Below, piece after piece: positions 38,664 to 53,262 of a stretch of DNA of 64,000 nt. The position numbers were made by a program, and so were the translations under genes. Where the stretch lies: assembly GCF_963506605.1 (NCBI RefSeq), contig NC_083282.1, positions 39,246,001 to 39,310,000 of the forward strand, read 5' to 3'. Numbering within the stretch: position 1 is the first letter of the stretch; each line of letters starts with the position of its first letter. Source of the DNA: Zootoca vivipara (lineage: Eukaryota). The notes beneath the pieces were generated by a model. It was not told the DNA's origin. It did not search any database and saw only the letters and a program-made list of their open reading frames with translations.

Positions 38664-39433
38664 CAGGGGTGTACCCAGGATCAAAACCGGGGGGGGGGGC
38701 AAGCCATGGTTGTTCAGGTTGTGACCTTTCAGCACGGAAAAGGCAAATGAAACCAAAATTTTAAGAAAATAATATATAATTATAGCAGTGCTTTATTACG
38801 GTAGTTATTACAATTATTTGCTTGAAAAAATAATAATTTTATTCTAGTTACATGTCTTATACTAATATCATTTTTCTTGGGTTTGAAGAAAATTTGTTCA
38901 AAACTTTCGTTTCAATCCAGTCCTGATTTTCCTTGAAGAATTTCCGATGGACACTCATCAAACACAACCCAGTCAGTCTGTCCTCTCCCATTGTACTTCT
39001 TTAATTTTCTACAGAAATTATTTAACTTACCTTTTTGGAAACAGTTTCTTATATCCATTTAGGCAGCCTCGATGTCTTCTAAATGTAAATAAGAAGGTAA
39101 ACTAATAGCGGGCGGCTCAGTTTAGTGGCGGGCGGCTCAGTTTAGTGACGTGGAACTCACTAGACCCCTCTAGAAGATTCCCTCTTCTCTCTGCTAGAGC
39201 CCGCTAGAGGACTCTCCCTCCCTTGAATCCCAATGGCTGGCTGACATAGATTCCTCTACCAGTCGCTAGGTGGCTCTAGGTACTTCTCAGTTTTTACACC
39301 ATTTCAGTGTGGTAAACAACTGATTATTCGCCATCGCCCTACCTAATTTTGTTTCGTTTCATCACTTTATAACCATTTTTTTAAAAAAATTTGCTTCTAG
39401 GGGGGCACCTGCCCCTCACTGGGTACGCCCATG
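38664..39433 (-). mobile_element. Internally deleted hAT DNA transposon (770 bp) retaining the transposase C-terminus
   Basis: TIRs CAGGGGTGTACCCAG / CTGGGTACGCCCATG; TSD CCACACAC; minus-strand 39000-38857 encodes RSTMGEDRLTGLCLMSVHR...* (hAT dimerisation-domain end). Confidence 0.88.
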
Positions 39434-41357
39434 CCACACACACACACAGAGAGAGAGGGGGGGGGGACAACATCATTGCTCTCTAGATTCCTTTCTCCTT
39501 TCCTGTGGGACAACATTTAGAGTCCTGCTGGCCGTAGAGGAGAATGGCCTACAGTGGACTCTCCTCAAATTACCACAGCTTATTAAAAATATTGTAGTTC
39601 AATCGTACACATTGTTACTCAGAAATAGGTCCCCCTGTGTTTACTGGGTCTTACTTTTGGATTAATTGTATATTGGACTGCAGATTACTTTTATATTCAT
39701 TTTAGATTCAAATGATTTTTCGAAATTGCCTTCCTATTTCCTCCTGGATAGCATATGCTCTCCTACTGCATCAGTGCAGAAAACCCTGTGCAACAGGTCC
39801 AAAGGCCATCATTTGTACGCAGTGTTTTTCTATAGGTAGTGACTGGACCAAGTTAAATCTAACATAAGTTAGGGATTCATCAAAGCCCTGCTGCTCTTGC
39901 GTTGTTGTTTTTCAGGTGTGGTCCCACAAATCTTCTAAATATTTAGCCCAAAGCTACACTGTAGAGCCCGAGTATAATAATTATTCCAAAGATGTAAATT
40001 TAAAATCGCGTCAATCAGTCAAATGCAAGTCTTTTCACGGTTGAGCAGATCAACTTGAATCTTACCCTAAATCTCGAATGAACACTGTATTAATCACAGT
40101 ACAGTAAATGCAACAATACATTTGGGACAGAGGAAAACAGTAAATGTTACAGGTTAACACTCACAGCAAAAGACTGAGGTCTCAATCTTAGCTAAAACTA
40201 CAGTAGTTGTGTTTAAGTACAATTGAAATCAATGGGATTTAAATTAATCGCTAACATGTAATTGAGGCTTAAGCATAAACTAAATTTAGTTAGCTCAATT
40301 AGGTTCTGATTATCTAAAAATCCTTATGCCTACATACTGAGTCTACACTACTATTCTAGATAGTTTCTTTTAAAATGCTCCCAATTTACGGTTAATTAAA
40401 GAAGAGAGGGCTGTCAAACCGAAACATTTCCTTGGTAGTGCCTCTTAAAGATGGTGTGAGTGCTTTGGGAAAGTAGATGTTAAATATTGATCAGTGCTGC
40501 ATGGATTTCACATGAGTCCTTCCAGCATGTACAAACAGGTTGCTGTCACTCTACCAGCTATTTATTTTGACTTCAGTGTTGATTTATCTTGCTTTCCATA
40601 AATCCAGAGGTAAATAAGACTTGTATTTAATTTTGTTTTTCACAACAGAGGAGGCAGGGAGAAAGACAGAAGGAAATAGTTTTAATTCCACCTGCTTTGT
40701 TCAAAATGTAAGCCTGCTACTAGTCAAAGGTTACGTTCCTTCTCACCAGTATAAAACTTGTCCAGTGATCTTACTGCCATGTTCCCCGCTCTAAGCTTAA
40801 CTTTCAGACTATAGGCATAAATTCCTGAGAGTTTTAGGTAGTGCCAGTGGTAAAATAGTATTGGGGTAAGGACATTGAAGACATTGCTCACATTTAGTGT
40901 TTAAAGCCCTAAACAACTTTGGCCCTGAATTTACTGTATGCCCACCTGGTTGTTAAGATCTCAGAGGGGGCCCTCTTGGTAGCCCCATCTGCCTTATTAA
41001 ATGTATGGGGTGGTGGCAATGCAGGAGAGGGCATTCTCTATGGCAGTCCCTAAGTTGTGGAATTTCTTCCTCATGAGGTGCATCTGGCATCTACACAATG
41101 CAGTTTTTGGATCACGCTGAAGACACACCTCTTTGCCTTTGACACCTGAGACAGCTTAGGTCCAAGTCATCTGAAAGACCGTATTCTCCAATGCGAACTT
41201 GCTTGGGTTTTGAGATCTTCAAGGGAAGCTCTTCTCTCAGTCCCATCATCCTCACAGGCACACTTGGTGGGGACACCAAAGAGGGCCTTCTCGGTGGCTG
41301 CTCCCAGACTCTGAAACTCGCTCCCTACAGAGAAGCTAGACCAACTAGCTTTTGTAT

Positions 41358-41848
41358 AAGCAGAGATATCACCTTGCCAACAAAGGTCCGTATAGTTAAA
41401 GCTATGGTTTTCCCAAGAGTGATGTATGGAAGTGAGAGCTGGACCATAAAGAAGGCTGATCGCCGAAGAATTGATGCTTTTGAATTATGGTGCTGGAGGA
41501 GACTCTTGAGAGTCCCATGGACTGCAAGAAGATCAAACCTATCCATTCTGAAGGAAATCAGCCCTGAGTGCTCCCTGGAAGGACAGATCGTGAAGCTGAG
41601 GCTCCAATACTTTGGCCACCACATGAGAAGAGAAGACTCCCTGGAAAAGACCCTGATGTTGGGAAAGATGGAGGGCACAAGGAGAAGGGGACGACAGAGG
41701 ACAAGATGGTTGGACAGTGTTCTCGAAGCTACGAACATGAGTCTGACCAAACTGCAGGAGGCAGTGCAAGACAGGAGTGCCTGGTGTGCTCTGATCCATG
41801 GGGTCACGAAGAGTCGGACACGACTAAACAACTAAACAACAACAACAA
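41358..41848 (+). mobile_element. BovB (RTE) LINE, 5'-truncated 3' end
   Basis: SRDITLPTKVRIVKAMVFP...DAFELWCWRRLLRVPWTARRSN...SLEKTLMLGK...HGVTKSRTRL and a (CAA)n tail. Confidence 0.93.
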
Positions 41849-42614
41849 GAGAATCCTTCTCCCCCTGCCCTCGCGAACATGACAATAATGCAATAACACT
41901 GCGGAAGCATCACAGAACAATGAACAAAGTGGAATGATGTGTGGATGATCCCGCTACTAATGCGCAATTATTGTGTCAATGAGATGCTGCAGAATATATC
42001 TGCGAAAAATAAACATGCCCACCAGTCTGAAGAGACTGGGTTGTGATATGCAGTTCACCATCCAAACGGTAATTAGGGAACTGAAAAGCTCCTTGATCCT
42101 TTAGTATGGTTCAGCTCATCAAAATCTAAAAATCTGTCTCATATTTCTCTTTCTTTTATCAACTACTGGCTTTGTGCAGCAGGCCCCATATTTTAAAATC
42201 AAGCTAATTCCCCAGATACATTTCCATGTAAAATCTGAAATTCCTAATTTGGTTCCCTATCTTGCGTGGTGAACTAAATTATTTTCACGAGCCCTTCAGG
42301 GCATATTGTCAGCACTGACTTACTGCAGTTATGCACCATATCCCAACCATTAACATCGCTTCCAAATATAGTGTATTGACAAGGTACCTGGTACAGTGTA
42401 AATCCTAGGGACATTTGATCCAGATCGTTAAAACCGAGTGAAGGAAGCAAAGAACAGATCAGGTTACTAATTCAAACAAGCAATGAATTATTCATTCCAT
42501 TATTAATTCGACAGGCCTCCAGCTATTTTTCCCCTCTCAGATAGGCACCATTGAGTATACTTTGGCTGTTTTCTGGCATTGGGTCCATTTGTCTCTTCAT
42601 AACTGTGTCAAAGG

Positions 42615-42690
42615 ATGCAGCAGATGCTTCTCATACACCTTGTGACAATAACTTTCTTCTGCGCAGCAAATGGGATAAATGCCAAGAAAG
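42615..42690 (+). CDS. CDCP2: CDCP2 (CUB domain-containing protein 2) signal-peptide exon; gene spans 42615-60228, 537 aa in total
   Basis: MQQMLLIHLVTITFFCAANGINAKK(G), a hydrophobic leader; strong AG|GTAAG phase-1 donor matching the next exon. Confidence 0.8.
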
Positions 42691-43304
42691 GTAAGGTAAG
42701 GCATTTTAGGGGCTGTGTTCTGGGCCCATTTGCAAAATCGTGTTTCTTTTTTAAATGGACTGCCTTTGCTTTGTTTCTCATGATCATGTAGGGTACTTAC
42801 TCTAGAACATTAGCTGTCATGGTGCACTTGCAATACGCTGTGTACTGATGATGCTTCTTTTACAAATCTTTCAGTAATCTGCTCCCTGTATACACTGCTT
42901 TTTTTTTTTAAGCTAGGGCTTCCAAATTTGTCCTTGTATCCATGCCTCAATCAGATGCATACATGGATCTCTTGCATGTATGATGCCCATAACTCATGTA
43001 ATGGAGGGAGCAGGTCCAAGTGGGCAAAGGAAGCGTGGGGGTCAAGCTTCCTCCACTGGAATTAACATAGAACTGTATACATCTCTGAACTCTTGCATCC
43101 ACAAGTATTTTCTGGATCAGGTTGACAGGGTGGAAGCTTCAAGCCACCCAATACCCCTACTGAGAAGAATGGGTCCGCTGCAGCAGTGTATGTGCTTTGA
43201 GAAGAACAACAGAGGGCAAAGATTTGTTGATTTCAAAAGAGCTGTAGATATGGAGATGTTTTTGTGTGCTTAGAACCATGTTTATAGTGGTGTGCTCGAA
43301 CAGT

Positions 43305-43309
43305 GTTTT

Positions 43310-43369
<60 letters not shown>

Positions 43370-43371
43370 TT
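43305..43371. repeat. (CTTT)n microsatellite
   Basis: Direct reading. Confidence 0.95.
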
Positions 43372-43895
43372 CAATTATCACTGTAGGCATATAAACAGGT
43401 TTAGGGTAACTAGCAGGCTCCGTTGAGCAGAGTTAAAGTTCTTAGTGAGAAGATGAAATTGTGTGAAGAAAGGCAGAGTGACTAATGCTTTCCAATGGGT
43501 TCTATTTCTAAATTCTATGGACCTGTAGCTGCATTTGAGAAGAAGATACTCAGTTTTGAAGAAGGCCTTCCTCCTCCTTACAACTTAATTTCAGATTTTA
43601 AAACAATGCTATTGTCCATTTAGGTACGTTTCCCCCAATCTTAACCAAAGTTTTTGTTTTCTTCCATTCAACTCCATAGCTCTCTCAAGCTATGATCTTC
43701 ACCACATGCCCAGATTCCCTCCAAAATGAGCTGGACAACAGAACCTTGCTAGATATGATGGATATTCCAGTGAAAGATAATATGCAATTATTCATTCTCT
43801 TAGATTTATGCAGGGATGAGAAGTTACGGTATACACTGCATAAACTTTATGTAGTAAAGGAATGTATATGATGCTGGTTTATGTTATCTATCTAC

Positions 43896-44184
43896 TGTTA
43901 GAATATTGGGGTGTAAATCACCAATATTCTTACTACTGCCACTGGCTTCGGTAAAGAAGACAGCAAACAATCGTAGGTGCTAATCTACGTTTATTCAGAG
44001 AGTGTGTGTTCAGCCATCACTCTCCAGTTCAGTAGAAAGTGAAAGTAGAAACAGAACAAAGAACATCACATGACAGGAGATCAGGTTACAGCTTGAGCTC
44101 CTGTGTGGGAAAGTACAGCAGTTTTATAAAGTAAACATTCATCCACATGCAGCATCTGTGCCATGCAGAGGATTTATGCTAACA
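43896..44184 (-). mobile_element. Solo LTR (289 bp)
   Basis: TGTTAG...CTAACA inverted termini; 5-bp TSD TCTAC; minus-strand TATA-like (~44122) and AATAAA (~43990). Confidence 0.75.
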
Positions 44185-44428
44185 TCTACTAGCTGTAGAT
44201 CTTGCCCTGTGGTCCATTATAGTGTCTGATGACAATGCATTACACACTGGTTGTGAAAGTTTAGGAAGGACAGAAGATTTCTTCTTTGCCTGTGGCAGTT
44301 ATTTAGATTTTATTTTGAGTCTGCCTAGTCCCAGAAATTCTTGAGTGGATTACAGTTCATGTAAAGCATGTAAAATAACCAACTAATATTAGCAAAATGG
44401 GCAATAATACTACATTGTAGTGTGTTGA

Positions 44429-45064
<636 letters not shown>

Positions 45065-46125
45065 TAGAATTGGCTTCAGTTGCAGCTTCTCTACGAAAGA
45101 GAGAATAGTTTATTTATTCGAACTATTTCTATGAAGTCTTTCTTGCAACCTTCACAAGGTGATATACAAAAAATACATCAACATTACATTAAAACGTATT
45201 TACAGAATAAGAAATGTCAGTCAACATTAGGCCAGACCATGTATATGTCATGCTGTGTTGTACACCAGGGGACACAGCACCACCTTACAGATTTAGAGCC
45301 TCTTAGGAGGAATAAGCCTTTACAAGAGTGGAGCTCTAGGGAAAATTCAGCAGCAAGTACAACGTCTAAGCTGGCCAATAGAGCTGAAGCTACTCATTAA
45401 GGCACAAGGCAAATCCGTGATTATAAAGACAGGCGGGGGTCAATACCACTTAGGCAATCAAAACAAACAACGCGAGAGCTGGTGAAGGAAAAGAACAGGT
45501 AAAACGGAGGAGAAAAGAGGAGTCAAAAGTGAAGTAGCAAGCAAACAGCGATTGGGAAGTGTAATAGGCCTATAAAGAACAAACACAGTGTGCCTTACTG
45601 TACAAACAGAGTCAGCAAGCACGAAGAGCCAGATATAGAGGAGAAAACATGCCTCGTTGTGTAGAGTGGTGAGAGAGTGAAGCAAGGCAAGAAACTGGCT
45701 AATATACTGAGAGGGTACTTGACCTCAGAGAGCAAAAATAAAAGCGCACAGGCTGCAGGGGGAAGGTGGTGGCTGTCAGGGACACAAGTTCCTTTCTGGG
45801 ACCTACCCCAGAGAACCTCTGAGGTCTGTAGATGCTCAGGTCTCAAAGTTTCATTCCGGTGCTGAAGAAAAGAGGTGTGCAGCATCACTTTCTGTGGCTG
45901 GCAGGCATTACAAAGTCTCTATGTTGACTAGGCCTGCCTGGTATACATATTTAGGAGCCTAGATTTCTACCTTGGTGTAGTCAACGGAGCAGTGCATCGA
46001 CCTGGCTGTATCTCCAGTTTCTCCAGCTCAGGCCACTGTCCTTGCAGACCTTGAAAGTACAACTTGCATGTCTGGACTTGGTGTGACTGAGTTGGTCTGT
46101 AGCTGTGGTGGGTTAGGATGAGAGT

Positions 46126-46261
46126 GAGGCATCCCCAAACTGCAGCCCTCCAGATGTTTTGGCCTACAACTCCCATGATCCCTACCTAACAGGACCAGTG
46201 GCCAGGGATGATGGGAATTGTAGTCCAAAACACCTGGAGGGCCGAAGTTTGGGGATGCCTG
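46126..46261 (+). mobile_element. hAT MITE, copy 7 (left end damaged, no TSD)
   Basis: Body nearly identical to the other copies. Confidence 0.85.
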
Positions 46262-48315
46262 GACTAGACCAAGGTCATTCAGCTTCAGGGCTGAGCGGGG
46301 AACTGAGTGTGGTTCTCCGCAGACATAATCCAATATATTACACTGCGATGGTATACAGTACCACACTTCCCCAATCAGTTACTACCAGCTGCTGGTGAGG
46401 CTAACTGAAGAAGGGCAGTTTAAAATTTAGTTTAAATTTTGCTTATCAATTATCTTTAGATACAGATTTCCAGAGCATTTAGAAATCCTTGCTTAGACTT
46501 CCTTTAAAAGCTCTTACATTTCCCTTTTCATATTAAACTGTAATCAACTGTAATCAGGATGGGTCCATAAAAATGGTATCATGGAGCAACTGAGATTTAT
46601 TATGCTTACTCCTGGTGATTTCAAGAAAATAATGTGCAGAGATTGCAAGTGGAAATGTATTTTTCTTCTCAAGGGTTTTTCCTGAACACTCACGGAAGGA
46701 TTCAAGAGTAGTAACATTGGATTCTTTCCGTCTCAGGGGCCAGCACTGGCAGGAAAGGGTTTGCAAGCTTAATTCTTCTCTCTCTTTACAGTTTTATTGC
46801 TTCTTGGCGTAATTGGAAGCAGGAATTGACCTCACAATGGGAATTTAGGCTGTGATTTGCAAACCAGTTGCAACTTAGAAAACCTGTTGGTTTCAGTAAG
46901 GCTACCCCAGAGTAAGCAGTTTCAAACCAGCAACCTATGTCAGCAAGCACAAAGTGCCTGTGGCTTTTGTAAATAGTGTTTTGTTTTGTAAAATGATGGT
47001 GAATGACCACCATTCAAAGCAATGTTTCTCAAACTTCATGAAGTCATGAATCCTCCTCCTATATATGTGTGAGATCTTCTAGGCCTCCCACAACCTGGAA
47101 ACTTATTTGAACTGTGAAAACCAAGGGACCACCCACACTTACATCTTGTCCCATGCATTTTAGATTCAAGTCTTCAAAGCGCTGTGACCAAGCGCTTGTT
47201 CTTTTGCCCCAGCACTTTCCCCATGAAATCCTGCTCTTTAATGCAGAGTCAGTAGAAAGCAGCAGTTTGGGACCTGTGCCTAGAAACATGGGGCAAAAAG
47301 AAGCCCATACACCCCCTGCATGCTGATTCTTTTTCATCTCATTCTTCTCATTCATTTTGTTTCTCATCTTCAATTCCTACATACAGACATATGCATTGGA
47401 TCTAGTCTTCTCTACTTAGCTCCAAAGGGGGCTTCCAGACTGTCACTTTTGGAGGCAAAAGGGCAGGTTCAGGTTGGACATTTGATTGGGGGGAGTCTTG
47501 CACAACAAACCCGCTTCTCCTAAAGATCAGATTTTTTTCTGTAAGGAAATGCACTGGAAAGTGTAGGTTGATACAATGTCATCTAACCCTTCTGCAATGA
47601 AATCGGAATGAATGCTCATTGAATAAACTTGTCTAATCTCCCTGCAAACAAATCAACAGTGAAGATACAATGAAGATAGCCTGGGAGCACTCACTGTGGC
47701 TCCTCTCACCGCATCACTTTCTCTCTCGTTTGAAGTGGCAGGGCCTACAACCTTACTTCTCTCTTTGGAACCACTATCTGTCCTCATTTTCTATACTTTT
47801 CCAGTTTTCACGTGCCTTGTTTTGGCTCTTTTTATTGCTTGGAGAGGTGGGGATCTGTATGACATAATTTATGTCCCTTTTCTGGGCAAAGGTTTAGGGC
47901 AGGGGGTGTGGTCTGCCCCAGGTGTCATCCCTGAGGGGGTGACAAAATGGCACACCCTGGGGGGGGGCGGAACTTACCGCGGGGCCTGGCCTGCAGTGCG
48001 CCCAAACCACTTGTCTCTCCTGGGAGTGGCACAGTGGCTCGGCCCCCGCGCTGCCCGAAACGGCAACGTGGGGCTTGCTTCCGCCAGGCGGACTCCATGC
48101 ACAGATCGCCGCGGCGCCCCTGTGCGCGGATCGCCCTGCCCCCCTGTGGGTGGCCCCTGTTTATGGGGCTGCATACACACCACATATTAAAGCACATTTA
48201 AAGCACATGACTCCCAAGGAATCGCGAGAACTTTCATCTGTTAAGAGTGCTGGTAATTTTACCTCTGTGAGAGGTAAACTACACTTCCTAAGACGCTTTG
48301 AGGAAAGTCATGTGA

Positions 48316-48825
<510 letters not shown>

Positions 48826-49702
48826 TAGACATGGAAATTTTAGCAGCACCTAAATATTGCTGATTCTACTTTAAGCTGGAGGTAGAATGCCAACTCTGCT
48901 TCTAAACTTCTGGAATCCAAATAACATTGTGTGACCAAGAGGGGAGCCTCGCTTAATTCGGCTCCAAATGTTTCAGGATGTGATTGTCATTGGGATCATG
49001 GTATGGGCAAAAGGGCTAAATGTTTCCTCTTCCCTCACTCCAGCTCCACTACAATGCAAAAGAGGGGGGGGGGAAATGTGGATACAGTATAGTGACATTG
49101 CTCTTCAGAAAGGGAAAGGTTAAAGTGGCAAAGTTGATTCCTAGAGAGGAAAGACAGATCATAGAGAAGGAAATGGCTAGAGAAATGCAAGCAGGCCATA
49201 ACTGGCTCCAAAACCGACTGAACAGCTGTGTGATAGGCCATTTGCGCCATGGGAGATTCTGCAGCTATCCTACTGTTTGTTTGTTTGTTTTTTAGTCAAT
49301 TTCTGAGCTCTGAAAGCAAAATGGTAGCTGAAAAGGGGGAAATATGAGAAGAGTATGTTTTGGTCCTGACTTTTTATGCAGATGCATCTTAAAAGGAGAA
49401 TGAACAAGTGCAGCTTTTCTCAGAAAATGCTTGGTGTGGAAGCAGCCTAGGGAAAAATGGGATATATCTACTCATTCCCCAAATAACCTTAGCTTTTGTA
49501 TAAATTGAGAGATGGATCCTGACCTCAGTAAGGTTAACAAACTAGCATTGCTTAAAACTGAAGTTAGTATTTCAGCCTTTGCAAATCTTAAAACTTTTAT
49601 GATATGTTCCTAATCACTTGGATTCACCCAATGCTAAGCTTTGGCAACATTATATCTGTTTCTAACGTTCATTTTGAAAATATGTTTGCTTGTTGAGTAT
49701 TT

Positions 49703-51015
49703 AATAATAATAATAATAATAATAATAATTTATTTATACCCCGCCCATCTGGCTGGGCTTCCCCAGCCACTCTGGGCGGCTTCCAACAGAAAAATAAAAT
49801 AAAATAATTGATTAAACATTAAAAGCCTCCCTAAACAGTTCTCTTCTCTTTGACATCTTCTCTTTTTAAAATTTTTTTATTTTTATTAAAGGTTTTCTCA
49901 GTTTACAAAGACATGGGCAGTGTCTCTCATAGCATTTTTACAGATCAGTTTCAATTGTTGAGACATTGGGGAGGAAAAGGGGGAGAGCGGTAGATAAGGG
50001 GAGGGGGTGGGGGTGGTGTGACAATGTTTCTAGTTTACTTAAAGTGTGTTGGGGGGGTTGTCAGCATCGGTTGTGCAGGTTCTTTGTTGTGCATTTGTTT
50101 TCCTTTGATGGTGAGAGTTGTTGGGGTTGGCCTAGGATATAGTTTTCTTTTGTGGTTGGCTGTGGTGGTCTGTTTTAGGTGAGTAGGGTGGGCGGGTCAG
50201 GTTAGCCATATTGATTTGTATGCTGTTGGTGGATTTCTGTCGTTGTCTTGTTGGGCTGTGTATGCGATAAAGGGGAACCATACTGGGGTGAAGCCGTCTT
50301 CTTCTATTTGACCCCGTGTCAATTTCAACTTATTGGTTAATTTTTCTAATAGGGCTGTTTCCCATACCGCCTGGTACCATTGGTCCATGTTTACTCCTGC
50401 CAGGTCTTTCCAGTGTCTGGTTATGGTGTTTCTGGTAGCTGAGAGTGGGTTATGAGTTCTTTGTGATGTAGGTGGGCATTATTGTCCTGGAAGATGTTTA
50501 GCAAGGCCAGTTCTGGGGTAAGTTCTAATGTTTGTTGGGTTATTTTACCTATTTCTCTTACGGTTGTTCTCCAGAATTGTTGGGCTTTGGAGCATTCCCA
50601 CCACATGTGGAAATATGTGCCTGTTGAGGTGCATCCTCTCCAGCATTTTGATGAGGTTCCTGGGCGTATTAGTGCTAGTTTTCGTGGTGTTAGGTACCAC
50701 CTGTAGATGATTTTCAGAGTGAGTTCTTTCCTTTTTGCTGATATGGATTTAAAGGGGGTTTTTGACATCTTCTCTTTGACATCTGATGGGAGGGCGTTCC
50801 ACAGGGCGGGTGCCACTACCGAGAAGGCCCTCTGCCTGGTTCCCTGCAACTTGGCTTCTTGCAACGAGGGAACCGCCAGAAGGCCCTTGGCGCTGGACCT
50901 CAGTGCCCGGGCAGAATGATGGGGGTGGAGACGCTCCTTCAGGTATACTGGACCGAGGCCATTTAGGACTTTAAAGGTCAGCACCAACACTTTGAACTGT
51001 GCTCGGAAACGTACT
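49703..51015 (-). mobile_element. L2 LINE 3' fragment split by an L1 insertion
   Basis: RAQFKVLVLTFKVLNGLGPVYLKERL...RAFSVVAPALWNALP (50778-51015) and (AAT)n-tailed 3' end (49703-49848); the same 3' end occurs at 30218-30372. Confidence 0.8.
49866..50760 (-). mobile_element. 5'-truncated L1/Tx1-clade LINE
   Basis: YRWYLTP...CWRGC...GTYFHMWWEC (ORF2 CCHC region), G-rich 3' UTR, poly(A), 17-bp TSD TTTGACATCTTCTCTTT. Confidence 0.88.
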
Positions 51016-52078
51016 TCTTCTGAATGCAGTCCCACATCGTGAAATCTGAGATTTACCACATCCTGGAGAACCTTAGTGTTTGACCAGCCTCCAGGATGTG
51101 GCAAATCTGAGATCTCACCACACCGATGCATATTCAGAAGAAATGTTAACCACAGAAAATGATTAGTAAAAATCACATTGTGACAACTTCACCACATTCA
51201 AAAGGAGTGTGGGAATTAAGGCACAGAACTAATTTACACATTTAAAAAATGGCACAACCTCCAAGAGCTATACAACTTCAAGGTACAGGAGAGGGTTGCA
51301 TGTTTTCTGCCAAACATTAAACACAAACATACAAAACTGTATTCCTAAGGAAAGCTAGCCTGTCAGGGAGAAAAAGTGTGCCTTAGTATTCTCCCAGATG
51401 CACTACCTTTCTATGTACAGGGATTTCCCCGCCCTTATCTGTATTCTGAAGTTTTTTTAGCCCTAGGACATCTTTACAATGTGCATTTCCCCAGAAGAGC
51501 TTGCCAGCTCTACGTCGGACTAGATGGGGATTTTGCTATAGGGCTTGGACAAAGGTCTCCCATTGGACACAGGGGCTAGGGAATATGATGTTGGGTTATT
51601 TTAAAAAAAATGTCAGTAGGTGTATCAAACTCACTAATGCATACATTTATATGCACACCTTATCCTGGTGGTCGTATGCATTTCTATGTTCATTACTTGT
51701 TTATAGGACCGCATTGCAAAACTTGGAGAAGTGTGAATTTTGAAGGATGGCTACAGTTCGGTTCTTATATTGTTTAAATGTGAACTGAATCTAATTTCTC
51801 CCCATCCCTAATCTATACATACACATCAACATATGCAGATTGTATGCAAACCTCTTCTTTTGATGATGCATTTCCTCTTTTGGGTGATGAGCAAGCGGCT
51901 ACCCTACAGCCAAGCTTGGGGCGGGGGTGTTAAGAAGTTGAAATTGCATTTCCCATTGGGTTGGGGAGAGGGATGTGGGAGGGAGAGAAGTGTTTATGAA
52001 TGTCTTACACAGCACTACAAGAAATTAAAGTTCATTCTTTGGCTGTCTGAATTGTATCACACTCTCTTTGTTCTGTAA

Positions 52079-52522
<444 letters not shown>

Positions 52523-53215
52523 TAACAAGCCTGAAGATAATAATCATTGTTGAAATTAATTACCAAATTTATTATTGCACTGGCATACAAATTATATAAA
52601 ATTATGGGGGAAAGCTATGCAATCAGTGGTTTTCTGTTTTGCATGCTGTTTTCCAAACTGTATCATTATTAAATATACATGGTCAGAAAGTATTTGGTAG
52701 TTCATACTTCGTTTCAGGAGAAATATGGGCAATTTTTCAACCCTTGCTTTGATATTTCTTTACTCTAATATTTACTTATCACAGGTTGTATTTCTGTAAT
52801 GAGCTTTGCAAGAGGCCAGCTGCATAAGAGCTGAAATTGGAAGTCTTGTTTAAGTCATCTAGAGTGAAGTCATCCAAGATGGATTTTCTGCAGTATACTT
52901 GCTCTGTCTTGTGTCATATTGGTTTATATTGTGTGGGCTGAAATCTGGTAGCTGGTATTGGTCAACACCTGGTCCAATCCTTGGCAGAATGGGTTGGACA
53001 TTTTATTTTGAATGTTCTCTGTTGTTTGGTTCTGTTCATTTTAGTGCTGCAAAGGGCACACTTCTTCACTGTGGGTTCATATAGTCATAATAAACAAAAC
53101 GAGAGAAGCTTTAGAAGAACTGAGGTACTAGATCAGACCAGAGCTACCTTGATTCTTGGTACCAGCTAAGATATACAGGATAAAGAGGTCAGCTGCAAGG
53201 ACAAAGATAAACACC

Positions 53216-53262
53216 TGTATGTATGTATGTATGTATGTATGTATGTATGTATGTATGTATGT
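53216..53262. repeat. (TATG)n microsatellite
   Basis: Direct reading. Confidence 0.95.

Noticed and set aside
41325-41882. Antisense and alternative-frame ORFs over BovB
   Set aside because: Shadow frames of the LINE fragment.
47895-48175. CpG-rich patch resembling an intronic promoter; similar sequence at 54769-54835
   Set aside because: Shares GGGGGTGACAAAAT with the second locus, so it is probably a DNA-transposon end fragment; boundaries and TSD could not be defined.
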